This document shows positions 12,001-21,985 of a DNA stretch of 64,000 nucleotides, piece after piece; positions within the stretch are counted from its first letter, which is position 1, and each line of letters opens with the position of its first letter. The notes below the pieces were generated by a model, which was not told the origin of the DNA, did no database searches, and saw only the letters and a list, made by a program, of their open reading frames with translations. The stretch covers positions 31,438 through 95,437 of the IMG/VR virus record IMGVR_UViG_3300017917_005124. One strand, given 5' to 3'. Source of the DNA: a virus. The position numbers were made by a program, and so were the translations under genes.

Positions 12001-13447
12001 TTTAAATATAATACAACAAATTTGCACGAAGAATAATTTCTTATTTATTCCAATACCTGGAAATGCATCTTATATGAATGTGTCAGATTTATATTCTCCA
12101 AGTCAAATGCACGCTAGTATAGATGTTAGAAATTTCTTTCATGTATTATTTACTCCAACACCAGAATCTAGAGCTAAGACTAAAAATAATGGAGCACCTT
12201 TAGCGTTAAGTGAGAATCATAAAAATTATGATACAAATTCTTTTGCTATAAAATATGGACATCCAGACAATCAAATTGTAAGTAATATACAAGTTGGCAC
12301 TGATGATAACAAAGTTACTGCAGAGAGTATTGTAAATTTGCAAAGATTAGCGGATAATGAAAATCAAAATAAAGTTGTAACTACTGATTGTTCCACATTA
12401 CCAGTTCTTGAAGGTCGTTCATATAAAGCTACTATTGATATGATTGGTAATGCTCAAGTGTATCCTATGCAATTCTTTTTTCTTGAGAATTCACCTTTAT
12501 TTGGAGGTCTTTATCAGGTTATGGATGTAAAGCATTCAATTACGCCTAATGATATGAAAACATCAGTTGGAGGTATGAGAATGAGATTTGTTGATAGTGG
12601 CTATGGTTCAATAAAACCAGTCACACTTGAGACTTTAGAAGGTTTAGGTAAATTAGAAGAACCTGTTGCGTTTTCTAAGGATGAAAAAGAGAAAATTAGA
12701 GAGATTAACGACTCAACATCAACAACAGGTTTTATGAATAATAAATCTACAAAATTATCAAAATCAGCAGCAAAAATAATAAAAAAATCATCAACAGAAG
12801 AAGATGCAACTGAGGCTATAATTAAATTTTTAGAAGGAGGATACTTCCATCCAGCTCATGCTTGGGATTCTAAAAAAAATAAAATTAAAAGAGGATATAC
12901 TATTATGCGCAATAGTAGTGAAACTCTTTTTGGTATAGATAGAAAAAAAGGTGAGTGGATTAAATCTTCAAAAGGAAGGGCTTTTTGGGAAAAAATAGAT
13001 ACTATATCTGGTTATGGCTCTTATTCAGATACAAATTGGTTAAAAACAACTAGACAATGGGATATTAAAAATAAACCATTAAAAAACAGCGCTTGGGGTT
13101 ATAACCACTTTCCAGATAAATCAGAAATATCTTCTCTATTAACAGAAGCTAAAAATATGATAAAAGAAAGATTTGATAAATATATTAAATTAAACTTTTC
13201 AAATCATCCTTTAAAAAAAATAATTTTAGAAGATGGTAGGCTTATTTTTATGTTCTATAGGGCTACGTGGAATGGGAGTGGGTTTTTTGCTAAATACGCA
13301 TCAAATATCAAGAGAGTATATGATAGTGGAGAAAGAAATGTTGATAAATTAATAGAAGCTGATTTAGATTATAGATATAAGACTAAAAAGGGGGAATTTA
13401 AGCAAGGTGTTATTGATATGAAGTATATGATAGATTATAATCCTTGA
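9074..13447 (+). CDS. large baseplate hub-like protein with a C-terminal lysozyme-like domain
   Basis: Hub-like YKATIDMIGNAQVYPMQFFFL...GLYQVMDVKHSI. C-terminal LEGGYFHP...ETLFGID resembles the GH108 EGGY...ETxxGI motif. Confidence 0.65.
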   Translation: MGREYPQPFSMKDLFIDVKLEAYVKGTTFDFLGRKLFSTQFLREGIGFGITNIEIEVNTSLQPIVTVTMKDMYGLTVFGGQSRNDDYDNQSYDYSVLFDWPPPKFLFSFKGYLGKPVSWLLNLKRTTTNFNSSDGSYEIKCEFVPNQWGFFADLPMLFLLAAKAMRRDRVGNSPANPAYVTSVFDLIKIGKQVEVKTKDTTKEFDELIKQLGSLKSNIAGTLVSSKVVGFGDEITGVVNNIPIKGFKKITIPKLEDFDSSVNTEEKVNLKISDPTSLSKVNTYMLLHLKIDGKYYHNFSIPSYSSLQPNESNTSIAKNQTIEGINKNIRLIEDEIKRRVYNSSKSKLKKITIGEIFSQLAKDAAFIIGNIIESGLKGYNNNVDSRSQNEKNLIGQSFPLMIKDNGEEVPATTENFGDDLGVDKYEMDFVRKFINAISEGIAKDLIDDNDSNLSDDSTLKNRINNMEIIKGNPYKPFYRDIATNILVRGGIAGFVTRSNDPNKPGDYANDFVDFYFDREGADDLIALAELDSKNITDGILSQMSDVDILSLKRFCKFFGRFYQENGEYLIERDKDGNTSKGAEITSADQASTYKVIMEDSPEVTLTFEQLFKELKKGNIDFSSNKTGGLVLPAEELEEDSEFSTSQVPSSIDPIQFIDDEEYTAKKIINNGIAYTKPLNNSDRYWYVVFEGNDNVKAQEANSSPSDSESKGSERDESQDEPVGYLPINAVKDSEQKELGYYKLFNDRQSQFLLVSYDKLKNPESSFYDKDESSGFQNYLFTKKIYESKEEAIYEGKKPGEYAIAGEIGMTVFSNFDGDTFGEDGLVFDMFSNTRQSISQRVFIKHICKLILQNINKLEEERNQVIGSVLGKAAEQEVALYKQMHTLFHQWEVLSYASNKKSDSQKVDGLIDELEEKYGGSHNDITSSEDVNGLPDGAFVYEFPLQRINGVKGGKPIQVRNSLINLEPLYKLNGDTSVLNIIQQICTKNNFLFIPIPGNASYMNVSDLYSPSQMHASIDVRNFFHVLFTPTPESRAKTKNNGAPLALSENHKNYDTNSFAIKYGHPDNQIVSNIQVGTDDNKVTAESIVNLQRLADNENQNKVVTTDCSTLPVLEGRSYKATIDMIGNAQVYPMQFFFLENSPLFGGLYQVMDVKHSITPNDMKTSVGGMRMRFVDSGYGSIKPVTLETLEGLGKLEEPVAFSKDEKEKIREINDSTSTTGFMNNKSTKLSKSAAKIIKKSSTEEDATEAIIKFLEGGYFHPAHAWDSKKNKIKRGYTIMRNSSETLFGIDRKKGEWIKSSKGRAFWEKIDTISGYGSYSDTNWLKTTRQWDIKNKPLKNSAWGYNHFPDKSEISSLLTEAKNMIKERFDKYIKLNFSNHPLKKIILEDGRLIFMFYRATWNGSGFFAKYASNIKRVYDSGERNVDKLIEADLDYRYKTKKGEFKQGVIDMKYMIDYNP

Positions 13448-13493
13448 TATATTTTAGTAGCTTAATTAATTTTTTTTATTATATTTGCAATAT

Positions 13494-15116
13494 ATGTTTA
13501 TAGTTTGCAAAATAATAGTTGATAATAAGGAGTTAGAATCTAATTTAAAAGGTTTTCTAAGAGGTTATCCAGTTGATATAAGTTGCAACTCATCAATAGA
13601 TGAACATTTAAATATGCCAATATTATTTGTAGGGTGGGATTTGGTTAAGAGAATATTCCCACTTCAAAAAATACATGATAATAAGGTTAATGAAAATATT
13701 GAATGGACATATAATGAATCTGAGTGTAATGAAATAGATAAAGAAGGGTTTTATAGTAATATAGAAGAATTTGTTAATAGAAATTTGAAATCTTGGCTCC
13801 CATCTAATTTTATATTATACGATTATATAATTCATGGAGAATTAATTAAATTTATAGAAGCAAATATAAATAATGAAATAAAGACTTATGTTCATTATAA
13901 TAATGGTGCTATTTACATGAGAAATGGAGATAATGATTACATTATTAATACCAAGAGTTTGTGGATGTTTGATGATGACTATAGAAACACAATAACAAAT
14001 GTTTTAAATAGTACTAATTGTATGGTGTATTCATATAATGGGATTGAGGATTATGTAAATCTTGACACATTAGGGAATTTAGTTTCATTAGACATTTTAA
14101 GATGGATTAAATTTGGAGTAGAGACACCTATAAAGTATTTTCAAATAATACCAAATATTGATATAAGTAAATATATACCATTCTTGATGAGTAAGATTGT
14201 AATGAATTCTCTTGAATTAAATAATCAAGAGTTGATATATTTCAATAGAATGTGTCAGAGAGATAAGATAACTAGGTGGATGTCTAGTAGATATTTATCA
14301 TTTTCTTATGATTTTAAAAAGAATTTAAACTTTATATTTAGAGAAAATGCTAAGCTAGCAAAAATAAACTATTCAAGTAAGAGGACTATAACAGGTAGAA
14401 TAACATCAATTGATAAGTATAATCCACAGAATCTATCTAAGACTAATGAAGATAGGTCTATGATAATTTCTAGATTTACAGGGGGAAAAGTATATCAATT
14501 TGATTATACTTCATTTGAAGCAAGGATATCTTTGTATTTGAGTGAAGATGAAGAATTTATAGAGAATTATTATGATAAAGACCTTCACTTAGAGACTGCT
14601 ATGTTAATATTCGATGTCTTTGAACCAACAGAAGAGCAGAGGGAAATAGCAAAATTAGTAAATCACTCTGTGTTATATGGAGCAGGCGAAGCTACTATAC
14701 TAAGTAAGCTACAATCTTTACCAAATCCTATTGAAAAAATGATAATTGTTAAAGAGTTTTTAGCTCCTATATTTAAAAAATCTAAGGAGTTAATGGAATT
14801 ATCAGAAAAATATGGATATATAATAAATAAATGGGGTTCAATAATAAAGCCAGAAAAATCATACGCTGGATTTAATAATTATATACAATCAACAGCTTCT
14901 GAAATAATTGTAGATAAAGTTATTGAAATAAAGGAATTATTAATAAACTGCAGAAGTCAATTTATGTTTCAAGTGCATGATTCATTAGTTTTTGACATTC
15001 ATCCAGAAGAAAATTATCTTATTGAAAAAATATATAAAATAATGTCTTATCATAGAAATATGATTTTTTCTGTAGATTATAAGTCAGGTTCTAATTTTAA
15101 AGACCTACATTATTAG
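13494..15116 (+). CDS. polA: family A DNA polymerase (polymerase domain)
   Basis: TGRITS..NPQNL, motif A FDYTSFEARI, motif B KLVNHSVLYG, NNYIQSTAS, motif C QVHDSL. ATG 13494 follows TATATTTG. Confidence 0.85.
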   Translation: MFIVCKIIVDNKELESNLKGFLRGYPVDISCNSSIDEHLNMPILFVGWDLVKRIFPLQKIHDNKVNENIEWTYNESECNEIDKEGFYSNIEEFVNRNLKSWLPSNFILYDYIIHGELIKFIEANINNEIKTYVHYNNGAIYMRNGDNDYIINTKSLWMFDDDYRNTITNVLNSTNCMVYSYNGIEDYVNLDTLGNLVSLDILRWIKFGVETPIKYFQIIPNIDISKYIPFLMSKIVMNSLELNNQELIYFNRMCQRDKITRWMSSRYLSFSYDFKKNLNFIFRENAKLAKINYSSKRTITGRITSIDKYNPQNLSKTNEDRSMIISRFTGGKVYQFDYTSFEARISLYLSEDEEFIENYYDKDLHLETAMLIFDVFEPTEEQREIAKLVNHSVLYGAGEATILSKLQSLPNPIEKMIIVKEFLAPIFKKSKELMELSEKYGYIINKWGSIIKPEKSYAGFNNYIQSTASEIIVDKVIEIKELLINCRSQFMFQVHDSLVFDIHPEENYLIEKIYKIMSYHRNMIFSVDYKSGSNFKDLHY

Positions 15117-15242
15117 TTAAATAATTTATAATTAAAAAAAATTTTAAAAATTTTCATTTTTTTTTATTTTTTACTTGATTTTAGAAATCAAATTTCTTAT
15201 TATTAAATATAATAATTTTAAAAAAAATAAATAAAAACAATT

Positions 15243-15653
15243 ATGGGAAATTTTAAAATGAAAATTGAGAAAAAGGTAGGTAAAAGAACTTACGAATTTA
15301 CTGTAGAGGGTGAGAATCTTCATGAGGCAGTTATGGAATCTAAAAAACTTTCTTTCTATGATGTTAATAGTTGTGGGTGTTGCGGTAGTCATGATTTAAT
15401 TCTTGATGCTCATATAGCTAAAAATAAGTTTAAATATACAACTGTTAAGTGTAATAATTGTAGAGCTTCTGTAAATTTCGGACAACAACAGGAAGATAAA
15501 GATATTTTTTATCTAAAAATGAGAGATAAGGTTGGTGGTACTGGAAAAGAGGTGGATTGGAATCCAGCTCCAGTTGATGTGAATGCTCCTGCACAACAAG
15601 TTGCACAACAACAAGTTAATAATTATGCACAACAAGCACAACAAAGACAATAA
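15243..15653 (+). CDS. hypothetical Zn-ribbon protein
   Basis: CGCC...CNNC motifs; Gln-rich tail. Confidence 0.75.
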   Translation: MGNFKMKIEKKVGKRTYEFTVEGENLHEAVMESKKLSFYDVNSCGCCGSHDLILDAHIAKNKFKYTTVKCNNCRASVNFGQQQEDKDIFYLKMRDKVGGTGKEVDWNPAPVDVNAPAQQVAQQQVNNYAQQAQQRQ

Positions 15654-15678
15654 TTAAAAATCATTTAATCTTATAACT

Positions 15679-16797
15679 ATGGCAAAAAAGAAAGTAAATC
15701 TACCAGAAGGGTTTGAGGAAGTGGGTGGTAAAATCATTCGCTCCGTATCTGGAGAAGAATATATTAAAGAAGGTAGCGATTTAGTATGTACTTCAACAGG
15801 AGAGGTTTTTGAAGAATCAAAGGATGATTCCAATATAGAAACTCCTAAAATAAAGAAAAAATTTACTAAGCTTGGTGATTACAAGGCTAAAATTAACTTT
15901 AAGGATGTGAAATATAAACCACAAGAGTGGATTAATATGTCACAGGCCTTTAAAGAGGTGACAAGACTTCCAGGAATTCCGATTTGTGGAGTGATACAGG
16001 CGATAGGTAAGTCTAACTCAGGTAAAACAACATTAGCTTTAGAAGCGGCAGCTAACGCACAAAAACAAGGCACACTTCCAGTTTTTATTATTACCGAAAA
16101 TAAATTTAGCTTTGAAAGAGCTGAAGCTATGGGTATTGATTTTGAAGAAGCTATTGTATATAATGGTGTTTCTACAATCGAGGAAGGGTGTAATCTAGTT
16201 AGAGAAACGATTGAGTCTCAAGAAAAAGGAGAATTACCTTATGATTTATTATTTATCTGGGATTCTATCGGAGCAACACCATCTAAGGCTGAGTTGTCTA
16301 AAAAAGAAGATGGAGGTTCAGGTGGTGGTATGATGGTTACAGCCAGAGTATTAAGGGAGGAAATTACAAGATATATTGGTCCTAAAATAAACTCAACCAG
16401 ACTAGAAAGTTACCCTTATAATTCAACCCTTATAATTGTTAATCATGCTTATGTGTCTCCTCCAGCTCATCCAATGGGTCAACCAACTTTAGAGCCATAT
16501 GGTGGAGATGCTATTTATTTAGCGTCTTCTTTAGTGTTTAGAATGGGTGGGATTAAAACTAGACCATCAATGGTAACAGCTGTTAAAGATAAAGTTGAAG
16601 TTGCATTTGCCTCAAAAACATCTATTGTTGTTGAAAAAAATCACGTAACAAATATATCCTCTAAAGGTAAGATACTTTGTACGGACCAAGGTTTTATAAT
16701 GGATGACAAAAAATCTATTGATAGCTATAAAGATGAGTATAAAACTGGGTGGGACCTGAAATTTGATAAATATTGGGATTCAGTTAGTGATGAATAA
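15679..16797 (+). CDS. recA: RecA/UvsX-like recombinase
   Basis: Walker A GKSNSGKTT, Walker B FIWDSIG, PYGGDAI motif. Confidence 0.9.
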   Translation: MAKKKVNLPEGFEEVGGKIIRSVSGEEYIKEGSDLVCTSTGEVFEESKDDSNIETPKIKKKFTKLGDYKAKINFKDVKYKPQEWINMSQAFKEVTRLPGIPICGVIQAIGKSNSGKTTLALEAAANAQKQGTLPVFIITENKFSFERAEAMGIDFEEAIVYNGVSTIEEGCNLVRETIESQEKGELPYDLLFIWDSIGATPSKAELSKKEDGGSGGGMMVTARVLREEITRYIGPKINSTRLESYPYNSTLIIVNHAYVSPPAHPMGQPTLEPYGGDAIYLASSLVFRMGGIKTRPSMVTAVKDKVEVAFASKTSIVVEKNHVTNISSKGKILCTDQGFIMDDKKSIDSYKDEYKTGWDLKFDKYWDSVSDE

Positions 16798-16802
16798 ATT
16801 TT

Positions 16803-16832
16803 AAAACCCACATTTAATGTGGGTTTTTTTTT
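16803..16832 (+). terminator. intrinsic terminator
   Basis: AAAACCCACATT/AATGTGGGTTTT inverted repeat plus T tract. Confidence 0.8.
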
Positions 16833-16904
16833 GTCTCATTAAAATTTTATTTGAATGTTTTGATGCTGGAATTATTTTTTTTAAAATATTTATAAATAAA
16901 AGTT

Positions 16905-18035
16905 ATGGAAAAAAAATTTAATAGAAATTGTCCTCAATGTAAAAGTGAGCTAATTTATACGAATATAAAAAATAGAAATCAAGCTGAAAAGCATCAAAAA
17001 AAATGTAAAAAATGCATCAATTCAAAAAATATTGAAAAAAATAGAATTAAAATGCAGTCTAAATATTTAATATTTGATGATATAAGAAATAAAGAAATTA
17101 TTGATATTTTTAATGAAATTGGTAGTAATTGGAAAGTTTTTAGAAAGGAGGTAATTCCTGTTTTTAATAAATTTAAAAAAGAAACTAAAACAATAATACT
17201 TTGTAGAAATTGTCCTGAATGTAATATAGAATTATTTTATTCTGATGAAATAAGTGTTAAAAATGCAAATAAAAAAAAATCTTTATGTAAACCTTGCAGC
17301 AAAAAAGGAGAAAAAAACTCTTTTTTTGGAAAAAAACATACACAAGAATCTTTAATAAAAAGGTCTAATTCTTTAGAAACTTCTGATTCTTGGAAAAAAT
17401 TTATTGAATATAAAAAAAGCGAAGAGTATAGAGGTAATTTGTCAAAATCTATGTCTGGAGAAAATAATCCAGCATTTAATAGAGGGAAGTTGATAGATAT
17501 ATGGGCAAAAAAATATGGAATAGAAGAGGCGGAAATAAGACATAAAAATTGGATAGATAAGTTATCTAATTCATTTACAGGTGAAAAAAATCATATGTAT
17601 GGAAAGCCTTCTCCTGTTGGTTCTGGCAATGGCTGGTCTGGTTGGTATAATGGGTGGTACTTCAGAAGTTTAAGAGAACTTTCTTATATGATTACTGAAA
17701 TTGAAGATAAAAACTTAAAATGGGAAAATGGGGAATTAAAAAAATATAAAATATCTTATATTGATTGGGATGGTAAAAACAGAAATTATTTCCCTGATTT
17801 TGTAGTTGAAAATAAATACATGATTGAATGTAAGCCTAATAATTTAATCAATTCAAAGTCAGTAATCTGCAAAAAAGAAGCGGCAGAAAAATTTTGTAAT
17901 ACTAATAATTTAGAATATATAATTGTGGAGCCAAAAATATTGTCTAAAGAAGAAATAGAGAATTTGTATTATTCAGGAAAAATTAAATTTTTACCAAAAT
18001 ATGAAGAAAAGTTTTTAAAGTATATTGAAAAATAG
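16905..18035 (+). CDS. free-standing homing endonuclease (Zn ribbons, NUMOD3-like repeats, TnsA-like PD-(D/E)XK domain)
   Basis: RNCPQC/RNCPEC, GEKNSFFGKKHT, GEKNHMYGK, YFPDFVVENKYMIECKP. Confidence 0.8.
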   Translation: MEKKFNRNCPQCKSELIYTNIKNRNQAEKHQKKCKKCINSKNIEKNRIKMQSKYLIFDDIRNKEIIDIFNEIGSNWKVFRKEVIPVFNKFKKETKTIILCRNCPECNIELFYSDEISVKNANKKKSLCKPCSKKGEKNSFFGKKHTQESLIKRSNSLETSDSWKKFIEYKKSEEYRGNLSKSMSGENNPAFNRGKLIDIWAKKYGIEEAEIRHKNWIDKLSNSFTGEKNHMYGKPSPVGSGNGWSGWYNGWYFRSLRELSYMITEIEDKNLKWENGELKKYKISYIDWDGKNRNYFPDFVVENKYMIECKPNNLINSKSVICKKEAAEKFCNTNNLEYIIVEPKILSKEEIENLYYSGKIKFLPKYEEKFLKYIEK

Positions 18036-18101
18036 TATTTTTGTTGTTAAATAATATAACATCATTATTTTTTTTTATAAAATAAAATAAAATAAATTAG
18101 A

Positions 18102-19175
18102 ATGAAAACTATAGAAAAAAATAAAACATTTCGAACAATAATTATTGATGGGAATTGGAATCTTAAGAGGAACTATCTTCCTCCTCACAGAAAGGTTTTA
18201 ACAGGTAACAATGGAAAACTATGCGGAGGCACATATGGATTCTTGGATAGCACAAAAGCAGTAATAAATAAGATAATTCCAGACAGAGTCGTTGTTGCTT
18301 GGGATGGTTTTCATGCTGGAAAAATGAGATACAATCTCTATAAGGGATATAAGGCAAAGAGAGAAAAGGATTGGGAGAGTGAGACTAGAGTTTTAGCTAC
18401 AGATGGAATAGGTAGTCAGGAAGATAATGAGAAATTTCAATTATTAGTTCAAAAAATAGAGGTTCAAACATATTTGGAGGAACTTTTTATTAGACAGATG
18501 GAAGCTGACTATGTTGAGGCTGATGATTTAATTGCCTATTATATAATGGAGAGTAAAAATCCAAATGAGCACATCTATATATTTAGTAGAGACCAAGACT
18601 TCTATCAGTTAATATCAGAAAAAGTCTCAATTATAAGCCCAGACAGTTTTGAGATAATGACGATACATAACTTTAAGGAAAAAATGGGTTTTTGTGTTGA
18701 TAACGCTCTCTTAGTGAAGTGTATTGAGGGTGATGATAGCGATGAAATTACTGGGATAGGAGGAGTTAAGAGAGCAACTTTATTAGAGCATTTTCCAGCT
18801 TTTGCTGATGAGAAATATACATATAGAAGACTTATTGATGAAGCTTGCGCAATTCAAGATGCAAGAATTGGTGGAAAGCCAAAGAAAAAAAGACTCTCAA
18901 AGCTTGATACTATAATAGAATCAGAAACTATTGTATATAGAAATGCTGTGCTTATGAATCTCAAAAAGCCATTTTTAAACCAAGAAGCAATAGACCTTGT
19001 TAAATCGGTAATTGTTCAACCTCTTGACTCAGATAGAAGTATAGAAACAGCGATGGAAATGTTTATGAAGGACGGTTTTAATAGATTTATTGGAGATAAT
19101 TATATTAGTCATTTTTTTGGGCCATTTTATAATTTAAAAGCTAAAGAAAAGGAATATGAAAATAGTTTATTTTAA
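18102..19175 (+). CDS. 5'-3' exonuclease / flap endonuclease (T4 RNase H-like)
   Basis: IIDGN, VVAWDG, YKAKR, EADDLIA, SRDQDFYQL, GDDSDEITGIGG motifs. Confidence 0.9.
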   Translation: MKTIEKNKTFRTIIIDGNWNLKRNYLPPHRKVLTGNNGKLCGGTYGFLDSTKAVINKIIPDRVVVAWDGFHAGKMRYNLYKGYKAKREKDWESETRVLATDGIGSQEDNEKFQLLVQKIEVQTYLEELFIRQMEADYVEADDLIAYYIMESKNPNEHIYIFSRDQDFYQLISEKVSIISPDSFEIMTIHNFKEKMGFCVDNALLVKCIEGDDSDEITGIGGVKRATLLEHFPAFADEKYTYRRLIDEACAIQDARIGGKPKKKRLSKLDTIIESETIVYRNAVLMNLKKPFLNQEAIDLVKSVIVQPLDSDRSIETAMEMFMKDGFNRFIGDNYISHFFGPFYNLKAKEKEYENSLF

Positions 19176-19244
19176 AAAAAAATAAAAAAAAATTTTTCTT
19201 ATTTAAGTTTTAATTTTACATTTGCACTATAACTAAAAATAAAC

Positions 19245-20630
19245 ATGGCAGATTTTAATAACAGTACATTTAATTCTTTTTTGCAGGAGGATGAGGATGA
19301 TAGAGAATTGGGTGTACATTATCAAAATAAGTTAATTAATGTATTTTGTAATGATAGGTCTGGATTTTCTGAGCAAATAATAGATGTTCTTAAGAGTGAT
19401 TATTTTGATGCATACCAAAAAATTCTTATTGAGCACGCTTTAAAGTATTATAAAGATAGAAGTACTATTATAAGGTTTGATACCCTTAGGGATAGAGTTT
19501 GTTTTAATGAGAAAGGTATAGTTAAGGAACATCTACTTGGTTTAATTGACAAAATTGAAGAAATAAAAGTTGAAGATAAAGCTGAGGTTCAGGAAACATC
19601 TACAGAATTTTTTGTTAAGAGAAATATGCGTGAGGCTATTCTTAGAGCAGCATCAAATTGGAAGAAAAATAAGTGGGATAGTATTTTGAAGGATTTTGAA
19701 GATGCTCTTAAAGCTGGGCAACCTAAAGATACTGGTCATGATTATTTTAGAGATGTAAATAAAAGACTCTCAAAAGATTTTAGGATACCAATACCTTGTA
19801 TGAATGGTCTTGATGAGTTAATTAGTGGTGGTCTATCTCCAGGTGAACTTGGAGTTGTGATTGCTCCACCTGGAGGAGGAAAATCAATGGCTCTTGTTAA
19901 ATTCGCATCAACTGCATTACTTGCAGGAAAGAAAGTTGTATACTACACCCTTGAGTTATCAGAAGAAGTTGTAGGACAAAGATTCGATGCCTGTATAAAT
20001 GATATAGGACTTAAGCATGTATGGGATTATCCAGAATATATATCAGAAAAGCTTGCAGACCTTGCAGAATTGGGTGGTGGATTAAAAATTAAAGAGTTTC
20101 TTGAGGGTAGTGTAACTGTTAATACTATAAAGGCGCATTTAAAAACTCTTGAAATAGAAGGTTTTATTCCTGATGTAATATTTGTTGACTACCTTGGGCT
20201 TATGAAGCCTCTTGGTTCATATGCAGAAAAGAGACATGCTTTAACAGATGTAGCTGAGGGGCTTAGGAATATTGCAAATAACATGAGGGTACCAATTTGG
20301 TCTGCTCATCAGACAAACAGAACAGCTATTCAAGAAGAGAAAATTAATACTTCACATATTGGAGAATCTCTTGGTATTATAGCAACTGTTGACCTTGCTC
20401 TTGGAATTGGTAGGCCAGATGAGATGAAGGATGAAAATCAAGCTATGCTTGGAATAATAAAAAATAGGCTTGGGCAAGATGGTATTTATAGGCTTATGAT
20501 ATTTGACACAAGAAGAGTTTTTCTTGAATTTGCAAATGAAAACGAAAATGGGATAGCTCAAACTTCTTCTTCGTATGTTGAGCCAGATTTGAATGAAATA
20601 AGTCTTTTTTTAGAACATAAAAATAATTAA
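19245..20630 (+). CDS. dnaB: DnaB-like replicative helicase
   Basis: APPGGGKS, YYTLELSE, IFVDYLGL, SAHQTNR, IIKNRLG. Confidence 0.92.
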   Translation: MADFNNSTFNSFLQEDEDDRELGVHYQNKLINVFCNDRSGFSEQIIDVLKSDYFDAYQKILIEHALKYYKDRSTIIRFDTLRDRVCFNEKGIVKEHLLGLIDKIEEIKVEDKAEVQETSTEFFVKRNMREAILRAASNWKKNKWDSILKDFEDALKAGQPKDTGHDYFRDVNKRLSKDFRIPIPCMNGLDELISGGLSPGELGVVIAPPGGGKSMALVKFASTALLAGKKVVYYTLELSEEVVGQRFDACINDIGLKHVWDYPEYISEKLADLAELGGGLKIKEFLEGSVTVNTIKAHLKTLEIEGFIPDVIFVDYLGLMKPLGSYAEKRHALTDVAEGLRNIANNMRVPIWSAHQTNRTAIQEEKINTSHIGESLGIIATVDLALGIGRPDEMKDENQAMLGIIKNRLGQDGIYRLMIFDTRRVFLEFANENENGIAQTSSSYVEPDLNEISLFLEHKNN

Positions 20631-20730
20631 ATTTGCCTAAATTTTAATAGTATAGGTGTTATTGAAAAATAATTTAAAAATTTTCATGAATTATAAAATT
20701 TGTTATTTATTTATTAAAAAGAAAAAAAAT

Positions 20731-20850
20731 ATGAATGAATTGATACAAGAAAATAAGAATATGATTTTATTAAAAAATAATCTTGAATCATTTCCACACA
20801 TCTATTCATATTTTAATAATTTGTATTTAAAAAAAGAAAAAGAGACATAG
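20731..20850 (+). CDS. small hypothetical protein
   Basis: ATG 20731 follows a TATTTAT box and an A-rich tract; 39 aa. Confidence 0.4.
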   Translation: MNELIQENKNMILLKNNLESFPHIYSYFNNLYLKKEKET

Positions 20851-20957
20851 TTAAGTATGTTATTTTTAAATTTAATTTGGTATAATTTTATACTGAAATA
20901 GGATTTGTCGTCTAAAAAATTTTAAAAAGTAAAATAAAAAAGTAAAATAAAAATAAA

Positions 20958-21962
20958 ATGAATGTAGAAAAAAAAGAAGTAAATTTTATTGAACCGATTC
21001 TTAAGCCTAATGATAATAGGTTTGTATTATTCCCAATCCAACATGATGACATTTGGCAATTCTATAAGAAATCGGAGGCTAGCTTTTGGACTGCTGAGGA
21101 AATAGACCTCCTTCAAGACCTTAAGGATTGGGAAAATCTTAATGAAAATGAGAGATATTTTATAAAAAATGTTTTAGCTTTTTTTGCGGCATCAGATGGT
21201 ATAGTAAATGAAAATTTAGCAGAAAATTTTGTAAGCGAAGTTCAATATACTGAAGCGAAGTTTTTTTATGGTTTTCAGATTATGATGGAAAATATACACT
21301 CTGAGACTTACTCTTTATTAATTGACACTTATGTTGCAAAGGATAAAGATGAGAAGGATAGGTTGTTTAATGCAATAGAGACAATACCCGCTGTTAAGAA
21401 GAAGGCTGAGTGGGCTCTTAATTGGATTGAATCAGATAGTTTTGCTGAAAGGCTTATTGCATTTGCAGCAGTTGAGGGTATTTTCTTTTCTGGCTCATTT
21501 TGTTCTATTTTTTGGCTTAAGAAAAGGGGTTTGATGCCAGGACTTAGCTTTTCTAATGAGCTTATATCAAGAGATGAGGGGTTACATTGTGATTTTGCTG
21601 TTCACTTACACAATAATCACCTTGTTAATAAGGTGCCAGAATCAAGAATTAGAGAGATAATAGAATCTGCTCTTGAGATTGAGAAAGAATTTATCACAGA
21701 ATCTTTACCAGTAAGTCTTATTGGAATGAATTCTAAGTTGATGTCAGATTATCTTGAATATGTTGCTGATAGACTTATGATTGATTTGAAGTGTGCTCCT
21801 ATATATAAAACTGAAAATCCTTTTGATTTTATGTCAAATATTGCTCTTGAAAATAAGACGAACTTTTTCGAGAAAAGAGTTGCTGAGTATGCTAAGTCTG
21901 GAGTGGGAAGAAGCGTTGAAGATAATAAGCTATCTTTTGATGGTGATGATGATGATTTTTAA
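20958..21962 (+). CDS. nrdB: ribonucleotide reductase class Ia beta subunit
   Basis: [47 protein letters not shown]. Confidence 0.97.
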   Translation: MNVEKKEVNFIEPILKPNDNRFVLFPIQHDDIWQFYKKSEASFWTAEEIDLLQDLKDWENLNENERYFIKNVLAFFAASDGIVNENLAENFVSEVQYTEAKFFYGFQIMMENIHSETYSLLIDTYVAKDKDEKDRLFNAIETIPAVKKKAEWALNWIESDSFAERLIAFAAVEGIFFSGSFCSIFWLKKRGLMPGLSFSNELISRDEGLHCDFAVHLHNNHLVNKVPESRIREIIESALEIEKEFITESLPVSLIGMNSKLMSDYLEYVADRLMIDLKCAPIYKTENPFDFMSNIALENKTNFFEKRVAEYAKSGVGRSVEDNKLSFDGDDDDF

Positions 21963-21985
21963 ACAAACAATACAAACAATATAAA

